Source: Octopus sinensis (lineage: Eukaryota). Taken from it: 64,000 nucleotides of DNA. Shown piece after piece: positions 46,287 to 58,789 of this stretch. Where the stretch lies: assembly GCF_006345805.1 (NCBI RefSeq), contig NC_043016.1:31124001-31188000 (forward strand). Reading direction: 5' to 3'. The translations under genes were made by a program, and so were the position numbers. The notes under the pieces are model-generated. The model worked only from the letters and a program-made list of their open reading frames with translations, ran no database searches and had not been told where the DNA came from. Numbering within the stretch: the first letter of the stretch is position 1; every line of letters begins with the position of its first letter.

Positions 46287-46700
46287 CGCGAAGGACTTCT
46301 TTCATTTTCTGTCTACCAAATCTACTCACAAGGTTTTGGGTCTGCCTGGAGCTATAGTGGAAGACACTTGCCCAAGGTGCCATGCAGTGGAGCTGAACCT
46401 GCAACTATGTGGTTGGGAAGCAAGCTTCTTATTTCTTTATTGTCCACAAGAGGCTAAATATACAGGGGACAAACAAGTACAGACAAAAGGATTAAGTCGA
46501 TTACACCAACCCCAGTGCGTAATTGGTACTTAATTTATTGACCCCGAAAGGATGAAAGGCAAAGTCGACCTCGGCGGAATTTGAACTCAGAACGTAAGGG
46601 CAGGCGAAATACCGCTGAGCATTTCGCCCAGCATGCTAATGTTTCTGCCAGCTCCCCTGTGTGGTAAGAAGCAAGCTTCTTACCACACAGTCATGTCTAT
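46017..46700 (-). mobile_element. SINE family A interrupted in its head by a family C SINE
   Basis: Family A body 46017-46428; remainder of head 46673-46700. Confidence 0.75.
46429..46656 (-). mobile_element. SINE family C (tRNA-derived)
   Basis: - strand GGGAGCTGGCAGAAAC...GTTCTGAGTTCAAATTCCGCCGAGGTCGACTTTGCCTTTCATCCTTTCGGGGTC; other copies at 53033, ~52297 and 14521 (partial). Confidence 0.8.
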
Positions 46701-46821
46701 TTTTTCTCAGACAAAAACCATAGCATTATATACCTTTCGAAGATGTATTTACTCTTAAGTATGATTTACAGATAGTGATTTTAATTTAATGTTACTATAG
46801 TTGTGACAATCAAAAAATGGG

Positions 46822-46995
46822 GTGTGTGTAAGTGGTGGTGGTGATTGCGGCGGCGGCGGCAGTTGTGGTGGTGGTGGGAGGCGGTTGTGGTGGTACTGGT
46901 GCTGGTGGCGGTGGCAGTGGGGAGGTCGGTTAACAGCAGTGGTGGTGGAGGAGGAGAAGGAGAAGAAGAAGCAGAAGAAGAAGAAGAAGAAGAAT
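46822..46995. repeat. Low-complexity GGT/GGC/GAA trinucleotide tract
   Basis: Mixed (GGT)n, (GGC)n, (GGA)n and (GAA)n. Confidence 0.85.
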
Positions 46996-47380
46996 TAATG
47001 CATGGTGGATAAGGTTTAGGTGGATTGATGAAGTTTGCACATACCAGAGATAGAATTCTAAATTCGCTGGTGATGGTTTTGATAATCTTGTTTAAGCTAT
47101 TTAGCTTTAAATCAATTGTATGGTGCACTTATAGGTAGATGGGTTTATGTGAAATGAAGATATGTACTTAAGAAAAAATTTGCTTAGGAGTATTATATGC
47201 AAGTACAGACACCACGTTTTATTAATTCAAGTTCTAGAGTAGACTTAATGATTGATAAAAATAGATAAAACACACACACATGGACATATGGCATAGTGGT
47301 TAAGAGCGGAGGCTACTAACCCCAAGATTCCAAGTTCGATTCCAGGCAGTGACCTGAATAATAATAATAATAATAATAAT

Positions 47381-47868
47381 TGTTGTTTTGCCTTGGTATA
47401 AAAGATGGGCTACAGCAAATATTCTGCTCAATACCACAGATTTGCTTGTCAGTTGTTTGACCTTAACCAGTTGAGCATATCCCTTAGTGGCTGACGATAT
47501 GTGCATCTCTGATCATGAGCAGAAGTAGTGGGGAAGCATCATAGCCATGTGTTGAGAGGGATTCTTTGGGGTTTGGATAATTCACCTTTGGAAACATAGG
47601 TGGTTCGTTCAACATTCTTAAACAACCCTTATTCAGGTACCTTTTAAGCGGGATAGCTTACTCGACCAGAAGAAAATTCAAACTGGGCCCCACCTGTGAA
47701 GTCATGTGCTGTTTATCTTGACATGAGATTACCATGTCACGCATATATGGTTGTGATGCATGTGCCTGGTGTACCCTTATCAGACGGGTAGTCAATATGA
47801 GTATACTGGGCTTCGTATATTTTACCCCAGTGTCACACTTTGATGGCATGCACTGCTCTCTCACTCAA
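47381..47868 (+). mobile_element. Unclassified ~490-bp insert within an (AAT)n tract (possible LINE 3' UTR)
   Basis: Absent from the homologous SINE at 14944-15237; flanked by AAT repeats on both sides. Confidence 0.5.
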
Positions 47869-47871
47869 TAT

Positions 47872-47877
47872 ATAATG

Positions 47878-47919
<42 letters not shown>

Positions 47920-47934
47920 TAATAATAATAATAA

Positions 47935-47965
<31 letters not shown>

Positions 47966-47990
47966 AAGAACAACAACAACAACAACAACA

Positions 47991-48021
<31 letters not shown>

Positions 48022-48043
48022 CAGCAATAACAACAACAACAAC
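47872..48043. repeat. Compound microsatellite (AAT)n(AAG)n(AAC)n(CAG)n
   Basis: Read directly from the sequence. Confidence 0.95.
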
Positions 48044-48643
48044 ATCGAAAAATACCTTAGGAATGAGAACCCAGGTTTGAAATTTCCCCAACAACCTGAT
48101 GAAGGCTGGAAGGTATATCAGCCAAAACGTTGTGTTAATAACAAACAAGATGAGGACAAATATCCATCAAATGTAAATAATGTACAAAATTCCTCATCTC
48201 TTAAATATAGAACTGTATACATACACAGACACACACATATGCATGTACATATATATATATGCATATACACATATACATACACACACATACACACACACAC
48301 ATACAGAGATAGATATAGATATATACACACACATGTATATAGATATACATAGACACATACACATATATGAACACACACACACACATATACAGAGATAGAT
48401 ATAGATATATACACACACATGTATATAGATATACATACACATGTATGAACACACACACACACAACAAATGGAAGAAAAATCAATTCCTTCAAAGGGATGT
48501 TAAATATCCCATTCACTGGTACAGCAGTTGAATACAACAGAAAAAAGGGGTAGAAATACAAATATTAAATGAAAAAGAGAAATACAATTGACAAACTAAC
48601 AATTTATTTACATTATAATATAATATAATATACCATAAAAATA

Positions 48644-48990
48644 TATTGGGTTGTTCGGAAAATTTGTGCCGATTTCTAAAGGAAAGAAAAAGGTCAATAA
48701 ATACTTGCCATTACACTTAATCAACCAAATATGAACCATTTTGTTGCACAATGCGTCTCCATCTGTCCTTAACTTGAAAATACCCTCTTCCCAGAATTGA
48801 GGTGGTTTCATGGCAAAAAAAAAATTTCAAGGTATCTTTTTACGTCATCTAGGGAATTGAAATTTTTACCATTAAGACTATTCTGCAGAGATCTGAATAA
48901 GTGGAAATCCGAAAGAGCATATCTGGTGAATATGGAGGGTGGGGTTACACATCCCAGCTGAGCTGCAGCAATTTTTGTCTGGTTCCCAAA
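48644..48990 (-). pseudogene. Mariner 3' fragment with TIR
   Basis: TATTGGGTTGTTCGGAAA terminus; - strand HPPYSPD..., FRSLQNSLNGKNFNSLDDVK, KPPQFWEEGIFKL. Confidence 0.8.
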
Positions 48991-49415
48991 ACATCAAGTG
49001 CCGAAAATGAACTTTCTTATCTTCCATTTTAAAGGGTTACAGAATTAACACAGGTTATAAGGACATAAACCTTCTTCCACGAAAAGATAGCTTAAACTGT
49101 GCTCTAAATAGAGGTGTAGTCAAATCCTATTTTATGGATTCAACCATGTTCTAAAATAAGTCAAAAGGTAAGCTACTATAAATCAGCATGAACTTTCCGG
49201 ACAACCCAATAATAAAAGATAACATAACATAACAAATTTTAAAAAAACATACAAAGCCAACAATTTGTTTCAACTTATATACATTAGTTGATTTATAAAA
49301 AAAATTATTAAAATTTATTAAAAAATTCATATCTATGTAGACAAGCGTCTTCAGGCCTTGGTTGAAAAAGATAGATGAAATTCCATGTAAAGGACTGCTA
49401 AATTGCAAAAAATTT

Positions 49416-49824
49416 GGCGTAGGAGCGGCTGTGTGGTAAGTAGCTTGCTTACGAACCACATGGTTCCAGGTTCAGTCCCACTGCGTGGCACCTTGGGCAA
49501 GTGTCTTCTACTATAGCCTCGGACCAACCAAAGCCTTGTGAGTGGATTTGGTAGACGGAAACTGAAAGAAGCCCATTGTATATATGTATACATATATATA
49601 TATATATGTGTGTGTTTGTGTGTCTGTGTTTGTCCCCCCCAACATCGCTTGACAACCGATGCTGGTGTGTTTACGTTCCCGTAACTTAGCGGTTCAGCAA
49701 AAGAGACTGATAGAATAAGTACTAGGCTTACAAAGAATAAGTTCTGGGGTCGATTTACTTGACTAAAGGTGATGCCCCAGCATGGCCACAGTCAAATGAC
49801 TGAAACAAGTAAAAGAGTAAAAGA
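49416..49824 (+). mobile_element. SINE family A, full length
   Basis: GGCGTAGGAGCGGCTGTGTGG head through the GAGTAAAAGA tail. Confidence 0.85.
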
Positions 49825-49837
49825 ATCCTTAACATGG

Positions 49838-52240
49838 AATTTTGTCTGTGGATGGTGCAAAGTCCCAACCAGATCTAGGGTAACATGGTGGTGGAATATT
49901 GCCATAGACAGGGCCATTAGAGCAAAGAAACAGGCCTGAAAGACTGGGAAGAGTAGGGGTAGCAGGGAGCTGTATCAAATAGCCAGAAGAGAAGCCAGGA
50001 GACAGGTATATCTAACCAAGGGAGAAGCAAAAAAGAGGAAGTTTGCCTATGTTCAGCAATATGAGGACCAAAGAACTGATGTGTTTTGGATTGCAAGACA
50101 GTGTATGAGAGAAAATTGTTGATAAAGCAATTAAGGATATGAAGACAGAGAAAGTCCCTGGTCTTTTAGGAATCACCACTGAGATGCTTAAAATATCTGG
50201 TGGTGCAGATTATGGTCTAGCCACCTGTATTGTAAATCAGATAATTCACAAAGGAGTCATATCCAATGACTGGTGTAGCAGCACCATAGTCAACTGCTAC
50301 AAAGGTAAAGGTGATGCCTTGTATAGAAATAATTACAGAGGTATCAAATTTTGGATCAGGTGATGAAAGTTACAGAGAGAGTCATATCCCAACCAATTAG
50401 AGAGAGGAGTAGTCTAGATGACATGCAGTTTGGTTATGTGATGAGGAGAAGCACCACTGATGCTATATTTCTGGTGAGGCAGCTGCAGGAGAAATACATA
50501 GCCAAAGATAAACCTCTGTACTTGGCTTTTGTTGACTTGAAGAAAGCTTTTGATCCCTTATATGGTGGTCAATGTGGAAACTAGGGATAGACTAGTGGCT
50601 GATGAGAGCTGTACAAGCCATGTACAGAGATGCTACCAGTAAGGTGAGGATTGGCAATGAGTACAGTGAAGAATTCATGGTACAAGTAGGGGTTCACCAA
50701 GGATTGGTCCCAAGCTCCCTCTTATTTATCATAGTCCTCCAGGCAATAACAGAGAATTTAAGACAGGCTGCCCCTGGGAGCTGATGACCTTCTTATAGTT
50801 GAATCACTACCAGAACTACAGAAGAAGTTTCAGGTATGGAAGCTAGGTCTAGAATCGAAGGGCCTTAGAGTTAACCTACCAAAAACAAAAGTCCTAGAAA
50901 GGAGGAAGGCAGACAAATCACAAATTCCTTTAGGTAGATGGCCCTGCTCTATCTGTAGAAAAGGTATTGGTAGTAACTCTGTAAGATGCACCAATTGTAA
51001 GCTTTGGACACATAAAAGGTGCAGCAATATCAGAGGAAGGTTAATAGGGAAAATAGCTTTTGTGTCTGGTAGATACACAGATACAATAAACATTGAAAAT
51101 GTACAGAAAATAGACTCCATCAACTGCCGTGGGGGTAAGCTATAGGTAGTAGATAGCTTCTGTTACCTAGGTAATCAAGTTAATAGCAGAAGTGGATGCT
51201 CCGAGAGCAGAGCTGTCAGAATAAGTTTAGGCCGGGTAAAATTTAGAGAGCTCCTGCCTCTGCTGGCAACAAAGGGCCTCTCTCTCAGAGTGAAATATAG
51301 ATTGTATGGTGCCTGTGTGTGAATAGCTATGTAACATGGCAGTGAAACATTAGCTGTGATATCTGAGGACATGTGTAGGTTTGAAAGAAATGAAGCCAGT
51401 ATGTTTCAGTGGATGTGCTATGTCAGTGTTCAACAGAGTGTAAGCATCTTGAGAGAAAAGTTAGGCATATGAAGCATCAGATGTGGTGTGCAAGAGAGAT
51501 GAATGCACTGGTATGGTCATGTAATGCTTATGGACGAGGACAGCTGTGTAAAGAAGTGTTGATCCCTAACTGTAGAAGGAACCTGTGGTAGAGGTAGACT
51601 CAAGAAGACATGGGATAAGATGGTGAAACATGATCTCTGAACTTTGGGTCTCACAAAGGCAATGACTAGTGACCGAGACCTTTAGCGATATGCTGTGCTT
51701 GAGAAAACCTGTCAAGCCAAGTGAAATTCCAGTTGTGGCCCATGCTGGTATCACATAACTGGCACCTGTGCAGGTGGCACGTAAAAACACCTTTCAAGCA
51801 TTGAGCCTCATGGAGGCAAAGTGGTTGAGCTCCTTTCGAATGTTGGGCCTCACAGAGGCAATGACTGAGACCTTTGGCCTTATGTTGTACTTGAGAAGAT
51901 GACCCATCAAGCCAAGTAAAATCACAGTCGTGGCAGATACTGGTGTCACACAAATGGCACATAAAAAGCACCATTCAAGCGTAAGGCCTCATGGTGACAA
52001 GGACTGAGACCATTTGGCATTATGCCAGGCTGTCACTCAAATAACACCTGTACTGGTGAAACATAAAAGCACCAATTACACTCTCACAGTGTTAGGAAAA
52101 GCTTCCAGTCATAGAAATCATGTCAAAAGACTGAAGTTCGGTGCAGCCTTCCAGCTTTCCAGCCCTGGTCAAATCATCCAACCCATGCCAGCAAGGACAA
52201 TGGACATTAAATGAAGATGATGATAATGATGATGGATGGA
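49838..52240 (+). pseudogene. RTE LINE: RT, C-terminus and complete modular 3' UTR
   Basis: RT motifs in pieces (NDWCSSTIVNCYKGKGDAL, RQLQEKYIAKDKPLYLAFVDLKKAFD, VGVHQG), a C-rich insert (CSICRKGIG...CKLWTHKRCS), GRLKKTW end, (GAT)n tail. Confidence 0.9.
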
Positions 52241-53032
52241 TGGATGAATATATGTAAATTCAGTACATGCAACTGAGATAGTATTAAATTAAGATAGCCT
52301 AGCAGAACCACTTTATGCTCTGAGTTCAAATTCCACCAAGGTCAACTTTGCCTTTCATCATTTCAGGGTTGATTAGTTAAGTACTAGTTAAGTAGTGGGA
52401 TCAATGTAATCAACTTACCTCCTCATCCCCAATATTGCTATCCTTGTGCCAAAATTTGAAATTAAATTAAGATAGGTATCTATATATTAAATTTACTGTA
52501 TATACACAGTTGATAGGCAAGTTACTGTGGTATTTGTCTGAGATAACATCTCTTATGGGCACACTGCAGTAAAATCAATAAATATCAGGACATTGAAAAT
52601 TACCCTAGCAGTGACCAATGAGAACACCAGATGCATGTGAACTTTTTTGGGGGTTTTTCCAATAGTATGTACTCTCAGCAAGCCATGTACCTGGGTGAAA
52701 ATTGATTGCATACCAACAGAAGAAACAGTGAATAGAATATTCACTGATGTTGCAAACAGCCACCCAGCTGAATGCATTTTTGGTATGAAGAAAGATATAA
52801 AACCATATGGATGTAGTAAAAAAATAAGCAGAAAGCTAGATGAGGTTTGCTAATCTATTCTAGGTGAGCAATACCACTTAAATGAGTGCTGACTAACTGT
52901 GGAAACCCAACTGAGTCATGTTAACATGGAAAGCAGAGGTAAAGATAATTCCAACCATGATGAGGAGGAAGGAGAGGAAGAGAGAAGGAGGAGGCAAAGG
53001 AGAAAAGGAAAATAATATAAATTTTAAGTTAT

Positions 53033-53268
53033 AGGGCAGTAAGCTGGCAGAATCGATAGCATGCTGGGTGAAATACTCAACGGTATTACTTCTGCTGTTA
53101 TGTTCTGAGTTCAAATTCCAGAGATGGTCAACTTTGCCTTTCATCCTTTTGGGGTCGATTAAATAAATACCAGTTGCACACTGGGGTCAGCGTAATTGAC
53201 TTAATTCCTTTGTCTGTCCTTGTTTGTCCCCTCTGTGTTTAGTCCCCTGTGGACAATAAGGAGATAAA
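53033..53268 (+). mobile_element. SINE family C
   Basis: Reverse-complement match to 46429-46656. Confidence 0.75.
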
Positions 53269-53330
53269 TATAAATTTTAAATATATTTATTCACACACTC
53301 AAACATGTGTATGTGTATATATGTATGTGA

Positions 53331-53730
53331 AGGTGTGGCTGTGTGGTAAGATGCTTGCTTCCCATCTGCATGGCTCCAGTTTCAGTCCCACTGCATGGCA
53401 CTTTGGGCAAATGTCTTTTACTATAAGCTTCAGGCCAACCAAAGCCTTGTGAGTGGATTTGGCAGATGGAAACTAAAAGAAGCCCATTATATATATGTGT
53501 ATGTGTGTGTATGTGTGTGTGTGTGTGCCTGTGTTTGTACCCCTACCCATTGCTTCACAACTGCTGCTAGTCTGTTTATGTCCCCATAACTTAATGGTTC
53601 AGCAAACGAGACTGATGAAATAAGTACTAGGCTTACAAAGAATAAATCCTGGGGTCAATTTGTTTGACTAAAACCCTTTAAGGCAGTACTCCAGCATGGC
53701 AGCAGAGAAATGACTGAAACAAATAAAAGA
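53331..53730 (+). mobile_element. SINE family A, diverged
   Basis: Head, CORE-like block, microsatellite and tail in the expected order. Confidence 0.75.
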
Positions 53731-53861
53731 ATATATATATATAACACCTGTATTTGTACCAGGTGATGAGAGGTCAAAGAATAAATAAAGGAACAGAAAC
53801 AGGTGTCCTGCAGTAGAAGAGATAAATGGGTATCCCAGGTGGAAAGGGAAAGAGAATATAT

Positions 53862-54528
53862 ATCATCATCATCATCATCATCGTCGTTTAGCGTCCGTTT
53901 TCCATGCTAGCATGGGTTGGACGGTTCTACTGGGGTCTGTGAAGCCAGAAGGCTTCATCAGGCCCAGTCAAATCTGGCAGTGTTTCTACGGCTGGATGCT
54001 CTTCCTAACGCCAACCACTCCGTGAGTGTAGTGGGTGCTTTTTACGTGCCACCCGCACAGGTGCCAGACAGAGCTGGCAAATGGCCACGAACGGATGGTG
54101 CTTTTTATGTGCCACCGGCACAAGGGCCAGGCGAGGCTGGCAACGGACACGAAACGGGGCGGTGCTGGCAACAGTCGCGAAACGGAAGGTTCTCTTACAT
54201 GCCACCGGCACTGGTAACACATCTGCAATTTCCATTGATCGATTTCCATTCTGATCCTCACTTGCCTCAACGGGTCTTCACAAGTAGAGTTTCGACATGC
54301 CACCGGCACTGGTAACACATCTGCAATTTCCATTGATCGATTTCGATTCTGATCCTCACTTGCCTCAACAGGTCTTCACAAGTAGAGTTTTGTGTCCCAA
54401 GAAGGGAAGGTATGCATACGTAGGCTGGCTCCATCCCAAGTAGAAGGCCACGGGTTATGGACTCACTTGTCCTGCCGGGTCTTCTCGCGCACAGCACACT
54501 TCCAGAGGACTCGGTCTCTAGTCATCGG

Positions 54529-54530
<2 letters not shown>
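53862..54530 (-). mobile_element. RTE LINE 3' UTR with a 98-bp internal tandem duplication
   Basis: (ATC)n tail at 53862; CATGCCACCGGCACTGGTAACAC at 54198 and 54296. Confidence 0.8.
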
Positions 54531-54607
<77 letters not shown>

Positions 54608-54609
54608 CA

Positions 54610-54779
54610 GGCGCAGGAGTGGCTGTGTGCTTACCAACCACATGGTTCTGGGTTCAATCCCACTGCGTAGCAACTTTGGTAAGTGTCTTCTACTGTAGTC
54701 TTGGGCCAACCAAGCTTTGTGAGTGGATTTGGTTGACGGAAACTGAAAGAAGCTTGTCATATATATATATGTATATACA

Positions 54780-54835
<56 letters not shown>

Positions 54836-55290
54836 AAATAAGGAAATGGAGAAAACATCTTAATCAATAATCAACTACCAGATAATACCCAATCACATAA
54901 TTTATTAAACCACCACATAAGAAACTTTAAGGTCAAACATAATAATATAGAACAAAACAATGTACATCAATGAGTAATAAGTACAGCGTTGCACTCACAA
55001 CCCCTATCTCAATTTGTATATATATATATATATATAATATATATATATATATTATATATATATATATATGTATATATATATGTGTGTCTGTGTTTGTCCC
55101 CCCACCATCGCTTCACAACCGATGGTGGTGTGTTTACATTCCCACAACTTAGCAATTCAGCAAAAGAGACCAATAGAATAAGTACTAGGCTTACAAAGAA
55201 TAAGTCCTGTGATCGATTCGCTCTAATAAAGGTGGTGCTCCAGCATGGCCACAGTCAAATGACTGAGACGAATAAAAAAAGAATAAAAGA
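54610..55290 (+). mobile_element. SINE family A (5' and 3' halves separated by ~180 bp of other sequence)
   Basis: Head at 54610-54755; 3' half at 55080-55290. Confidence 0.7.
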
Positions 55291-55360
55291 ATATATATAT
55301 AATAGAAATATTAAAATTACTAAGTCTCTCTAAAGGAGATTACGGCAGCGTTACTGGAAA

Positions 55361-55790
55361 TTAATAGTTATCGCCATACTTATATGGCAGTCTTATAAAT
55401 ATAAGACTAAAGCTATCGCTGATTAGCTCCAAGAGGCCACCGCCTCAAGCTAGCTATTTGACACACAACCTGCGTCCATTATAAACCTTCGAACAGGGGA
55501 GGTCAGCTGCTTCATCCTGCCAGTCAGACAGCTGCAGACATGTTTCAGGGTATTTGCTCTTTATCAATGCAGCGTAGTCAGACCCAGCAGGTGTCGCTAC
55601 TGACTGTCCCTGTTCGAAGAATCTATTTACCTAGTTTCAGTGGAATACATCCACTTGTTCGAAGGTTTATAATGGACGCAGGTTGTGTGTCAAATAGCTA
55701 GCTAGAGGCGGTGGCCTCTTGGAGCTAATCAGCGACAGCTTTAGTCTTATATTTATAAGACTGCCATATAAGTATGGCGATAACTATTAA
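55361..55790. mobile_element. MITE with 135-bp near-perfect TIRs
   Basis: 55361-55495 is the reverse complement of 55656-55790 with few mismatches; TTAA at both ends. Confidence 0.85.
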
Positions 55791-55927
55791 TATATACATA
55801 TATATATATATATTCAGAGAGAGAGAGAAGAGAGAGAAAGAAGATGGGGAAAATATGACAGCATACACTTGAGTTATCCCAGAAGTTTATAGTTGAAGGG
55901 GTATAGAGGGTTGGATAAGGTAAGTGT

Positions 55928-56966
55928 GCAATACAGGTTCCCTCCACATCTAGTAATTTGCACTTTTTTATGTAGCTGTCCTCATCCATATGCAGCACTA
56001 TCTTCTCTGATGCCGCTTATTCTCCCAACATATTTACACATTGTCATACATGCATACTGACAATGCACATCCAGCAGAGCATGTTGGCTTCATTTGTTTT
56101 CAGCCTTCACATGTCCTCTGCATTCGCAAGCCACATTTCACTACCATGTGGCATAGCTGTTCATACACAAGCATTATACAATCTACTTTTGTTACCAGCT
56201 CTTTGAACCTTGGTCAGCTGGTCCTTATTCTATCAACTATGCTTTCAGAGTGTTTTCCTTCACTGCTAATTTAATGACCTAGGTAACAGAAACTATCTAC
56301 TATCTCTTAGGCTCCTCCAGGGCATTAGAGGAAATCTATTTTCTTTGTTTTCTTAATGTCTATAGTTCCTGAATATCTGCTACACACAAAGAATATTGTC
56401 TCTGTCAAGTTTCTTGTGATTCCACTGCATTTTTGATGTGTCCTTAGTTTACACTAAGTACTCTGAGTGAAATTTCTACCTACATGTTTTCTATATATTG
56501 AGCAAGGCCATTTTCCTGAAAGGGTTACTAATTTGTCTGCTTTCCTGCTTACTAGTACCTTGGTCTTTGCTAATTAACTGTAAGGCCCTTTGATTCTAGG
56601 CCTTGCTTCCTCACTTGAAATTTTCCTCTAATTCTAATAGTGATGCCACTATAAGGACAAGGTCATCAGCATAGACGACTTCTCATGGGCAACCACTTTT
56701 AAATCCCTCTGATATGGCCTGGAGGACTATGATAATCATATGGGGTTTGAGAACAACCAAGTCCTCACAAATTCCTACTTGCACACTAAATTCGTTGCTA
56801 TATTCATTGCTGACTTTTACCTTACTGACAGCACTCCTGTAGATGGCTTGGACAGCTCCCTCCAGCCCATTCGTCTACACCTAGTTTCTTCACTGACCAC
56901 TTGATGAGAGAGCAAGGGACCATGTCAAAGGCTTCTCCATGTCAACAAACATCTATTACTGAGATG
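55928..56966 (-). pseudogene. Decayed RTE RT fragment
   Basis: Reverse complement resembles 50500-51620 (VDMEK, YADD region, GRP end). Confidence 0.7.
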
Positions 56967-57589
56967 ATTGTAGTTGCTGTTGAACCCAAAACACATACTG
57001 ATCACATAGGTTTATTATCAAAAGCACTCCAGCTATGAACATACTGTCTTTTTTCTATACTAAAGCTATAGTATGTTGTCCAATGTGGCTTAAAATTTTT
57101 TTTTTTTATATAGCAGCATGCTGAGGTAGATTTGGCTGTTATTTCAAGCAGTTAATTATCACATTGAGGCTTCCTCATTTTCTGGCAGCTGGAAAAGAAT
57201 GGGGTAGTGTTATTCACTTCAGGTGTCAGAAATGTCAAGACAAACAATATCACCACTATATTTTGTTTTGACATGTTTCAAAGTGCACCAGGTGGCAGTT
57301 TTCATGTAAGCTGTTTGTCTTCCATAAGAACTGAGTGCAAGATTTTTATTTTAAAAAAATTAATAAATAGAATAGTAATAATCAAAAAAAAAAAAAAGAA
57401 AGAACACCTGACATGAATTTTCATTGAGAATCACAGAGTCTGGCACTTTAAAAATCCAAACTATTACTATTTGCTTCATTGCGTTGTAAATAAACCCTAA
57501 AGATGTCTATTATTTTAATCTAAACACATTTAAAATGCCTCAACAGCTAGTAGATGAATAATGTAGCAGTATACATATATATATATGTA

Positions 57590-57631
<42 letters not shown>

Positions 57632-57632
57632 T

Positions 57633-57664
<32 letters not shown>

Positions 57665-57814
57665 GTATGTAGGAGTGTACACAGTATGTGTACTGCAGCA
57701 GTACTATTCGTAGCTTAAATACAGAGATTGAAAGGTAGGAGTGAATTATGCCAACCTAATCTACAAAAAATAAAATATTTTGCATTTTATACATGCAACA
57801 TCTATTTTTCCATA

Positions 57815-58015
57815 CAGGTATGGGTTGGATTGTTTGACAGGAGCTGGCAAGCTGGTGGGTTGCACCAGGCTCCACTGATCTGTATTGGAATAGCTTCTAT
57901 GATGGGATGCCTTTCCTAATACCAACCACTTTACAGAGTGTACTTGGTGCTTTTTATATGACGCCGGCATGGGTGGTTTTGTGATGCCGGCACAGGTGCT
58001 TTTTCCATGGTATCA
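57815..58015 (-). mobile_element. RTE 3' UTR fragment
   Basis: GGATGCCTTTCCTAATACCAACCACTTTACAGAGTGT is the reverse complement of the conserved UTR block. Confidence 0.7.
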
Positions 58016-58789
58016 GCACACAAGATTTCAATGATGTGATTGTTTATCTTTAAATAATATTTTAGGGTAGGGGTGAAAGGCTGGATCTAATTAGTTTGAA
58101 CATAAAATAGATGAAATGTTTAGGTCAGATATAACTCGTTTAAATGCTAAAGGTTTCAAGCAGGCTTGAATGGACTGTTGTGCTGATGGCGTTCAATAGA
58201 CAAAACATATACCCTCAATCTGCAAAGATCAGATTTTTCTCATAATGATCTCACCTCTTCTTTAAGAGTTGCTAAGAAATACCACCAAGATCTTATTTTC
58301 TTTCTACAACTCAGGAAAGGAATTTCTATCAGAAGCGATTTTTTTGTTTATGTCACTTAAAGCATCATCTCTTGACTCATCACAGTTTCTACTATTGCCC
58401 TATTTCAGCTATTTCCTTTAGTTCATCAAATTTTTTAACGCTTGATATCTCGTCGAAGGCGCTAGTCCTAAAGTGATTTTTGCTACAGAACAGAAATCAA
58501 TGATAGAAGTGGTTAGAGTTTTCTCCCTTACATTAGAAAATGTCTTGCTCCATTAAAAAATGAACGTAATCGAGGTTAGCCCAATATTTTGTGATACCGT
58601 GTATTTAGGGACGAGCTGACAGATGCTGTACGGGGTCATACAGAAATTTAAGATGTAAATAGATGATGAATAGGTGCTTTTTTCCTTTTTTAATGGATTA
58701 ATTGTAGAAAGAATATATACATTGCTACCCTACAGGCCGCCTGCACTGGTGAGATAAATGTGGTTGATATTCCTCTTGAACGGGAAAAT

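Larger units (their letters stand above)
47282..48214 (+). mobile_element. SINE family H with a nested insertion and an expanded central microsatellite
   Basis: Head GGACATATGGCATAGTGGTTAAGAGCG...AGTTCGATTCC; tail from 48041 with CTGATGA-AGGCTG...CAGCC-AAAACGTTGTGTT. Confidence 0.8.

Noticed and set aside
47282-47355. tRNA gene (also heads at 15160-15237, 49416-49490, 53033-53130, 44244-44305)
   Set aside because: A/B boxes are present, but there is no closing acceptor stem or poly-T terminator and each runs into a repeat body; these are SINE heads.
47734-48561. Many ORFs from the track (poly-L/I/Y, CV/YI repeats; also 33055-33505, 41249-41838, 54392-55333)
   Set aside because: They are stop-free translations of microsatellites or SINE bodies.
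52553-52853. Overlapping ORFs suggesting a membrane-protein exon
   Set aside because: Hydrophobic ORFs of ~70 aa are common in AT-rich DNA; no consistent splice pair or recognisable motif.
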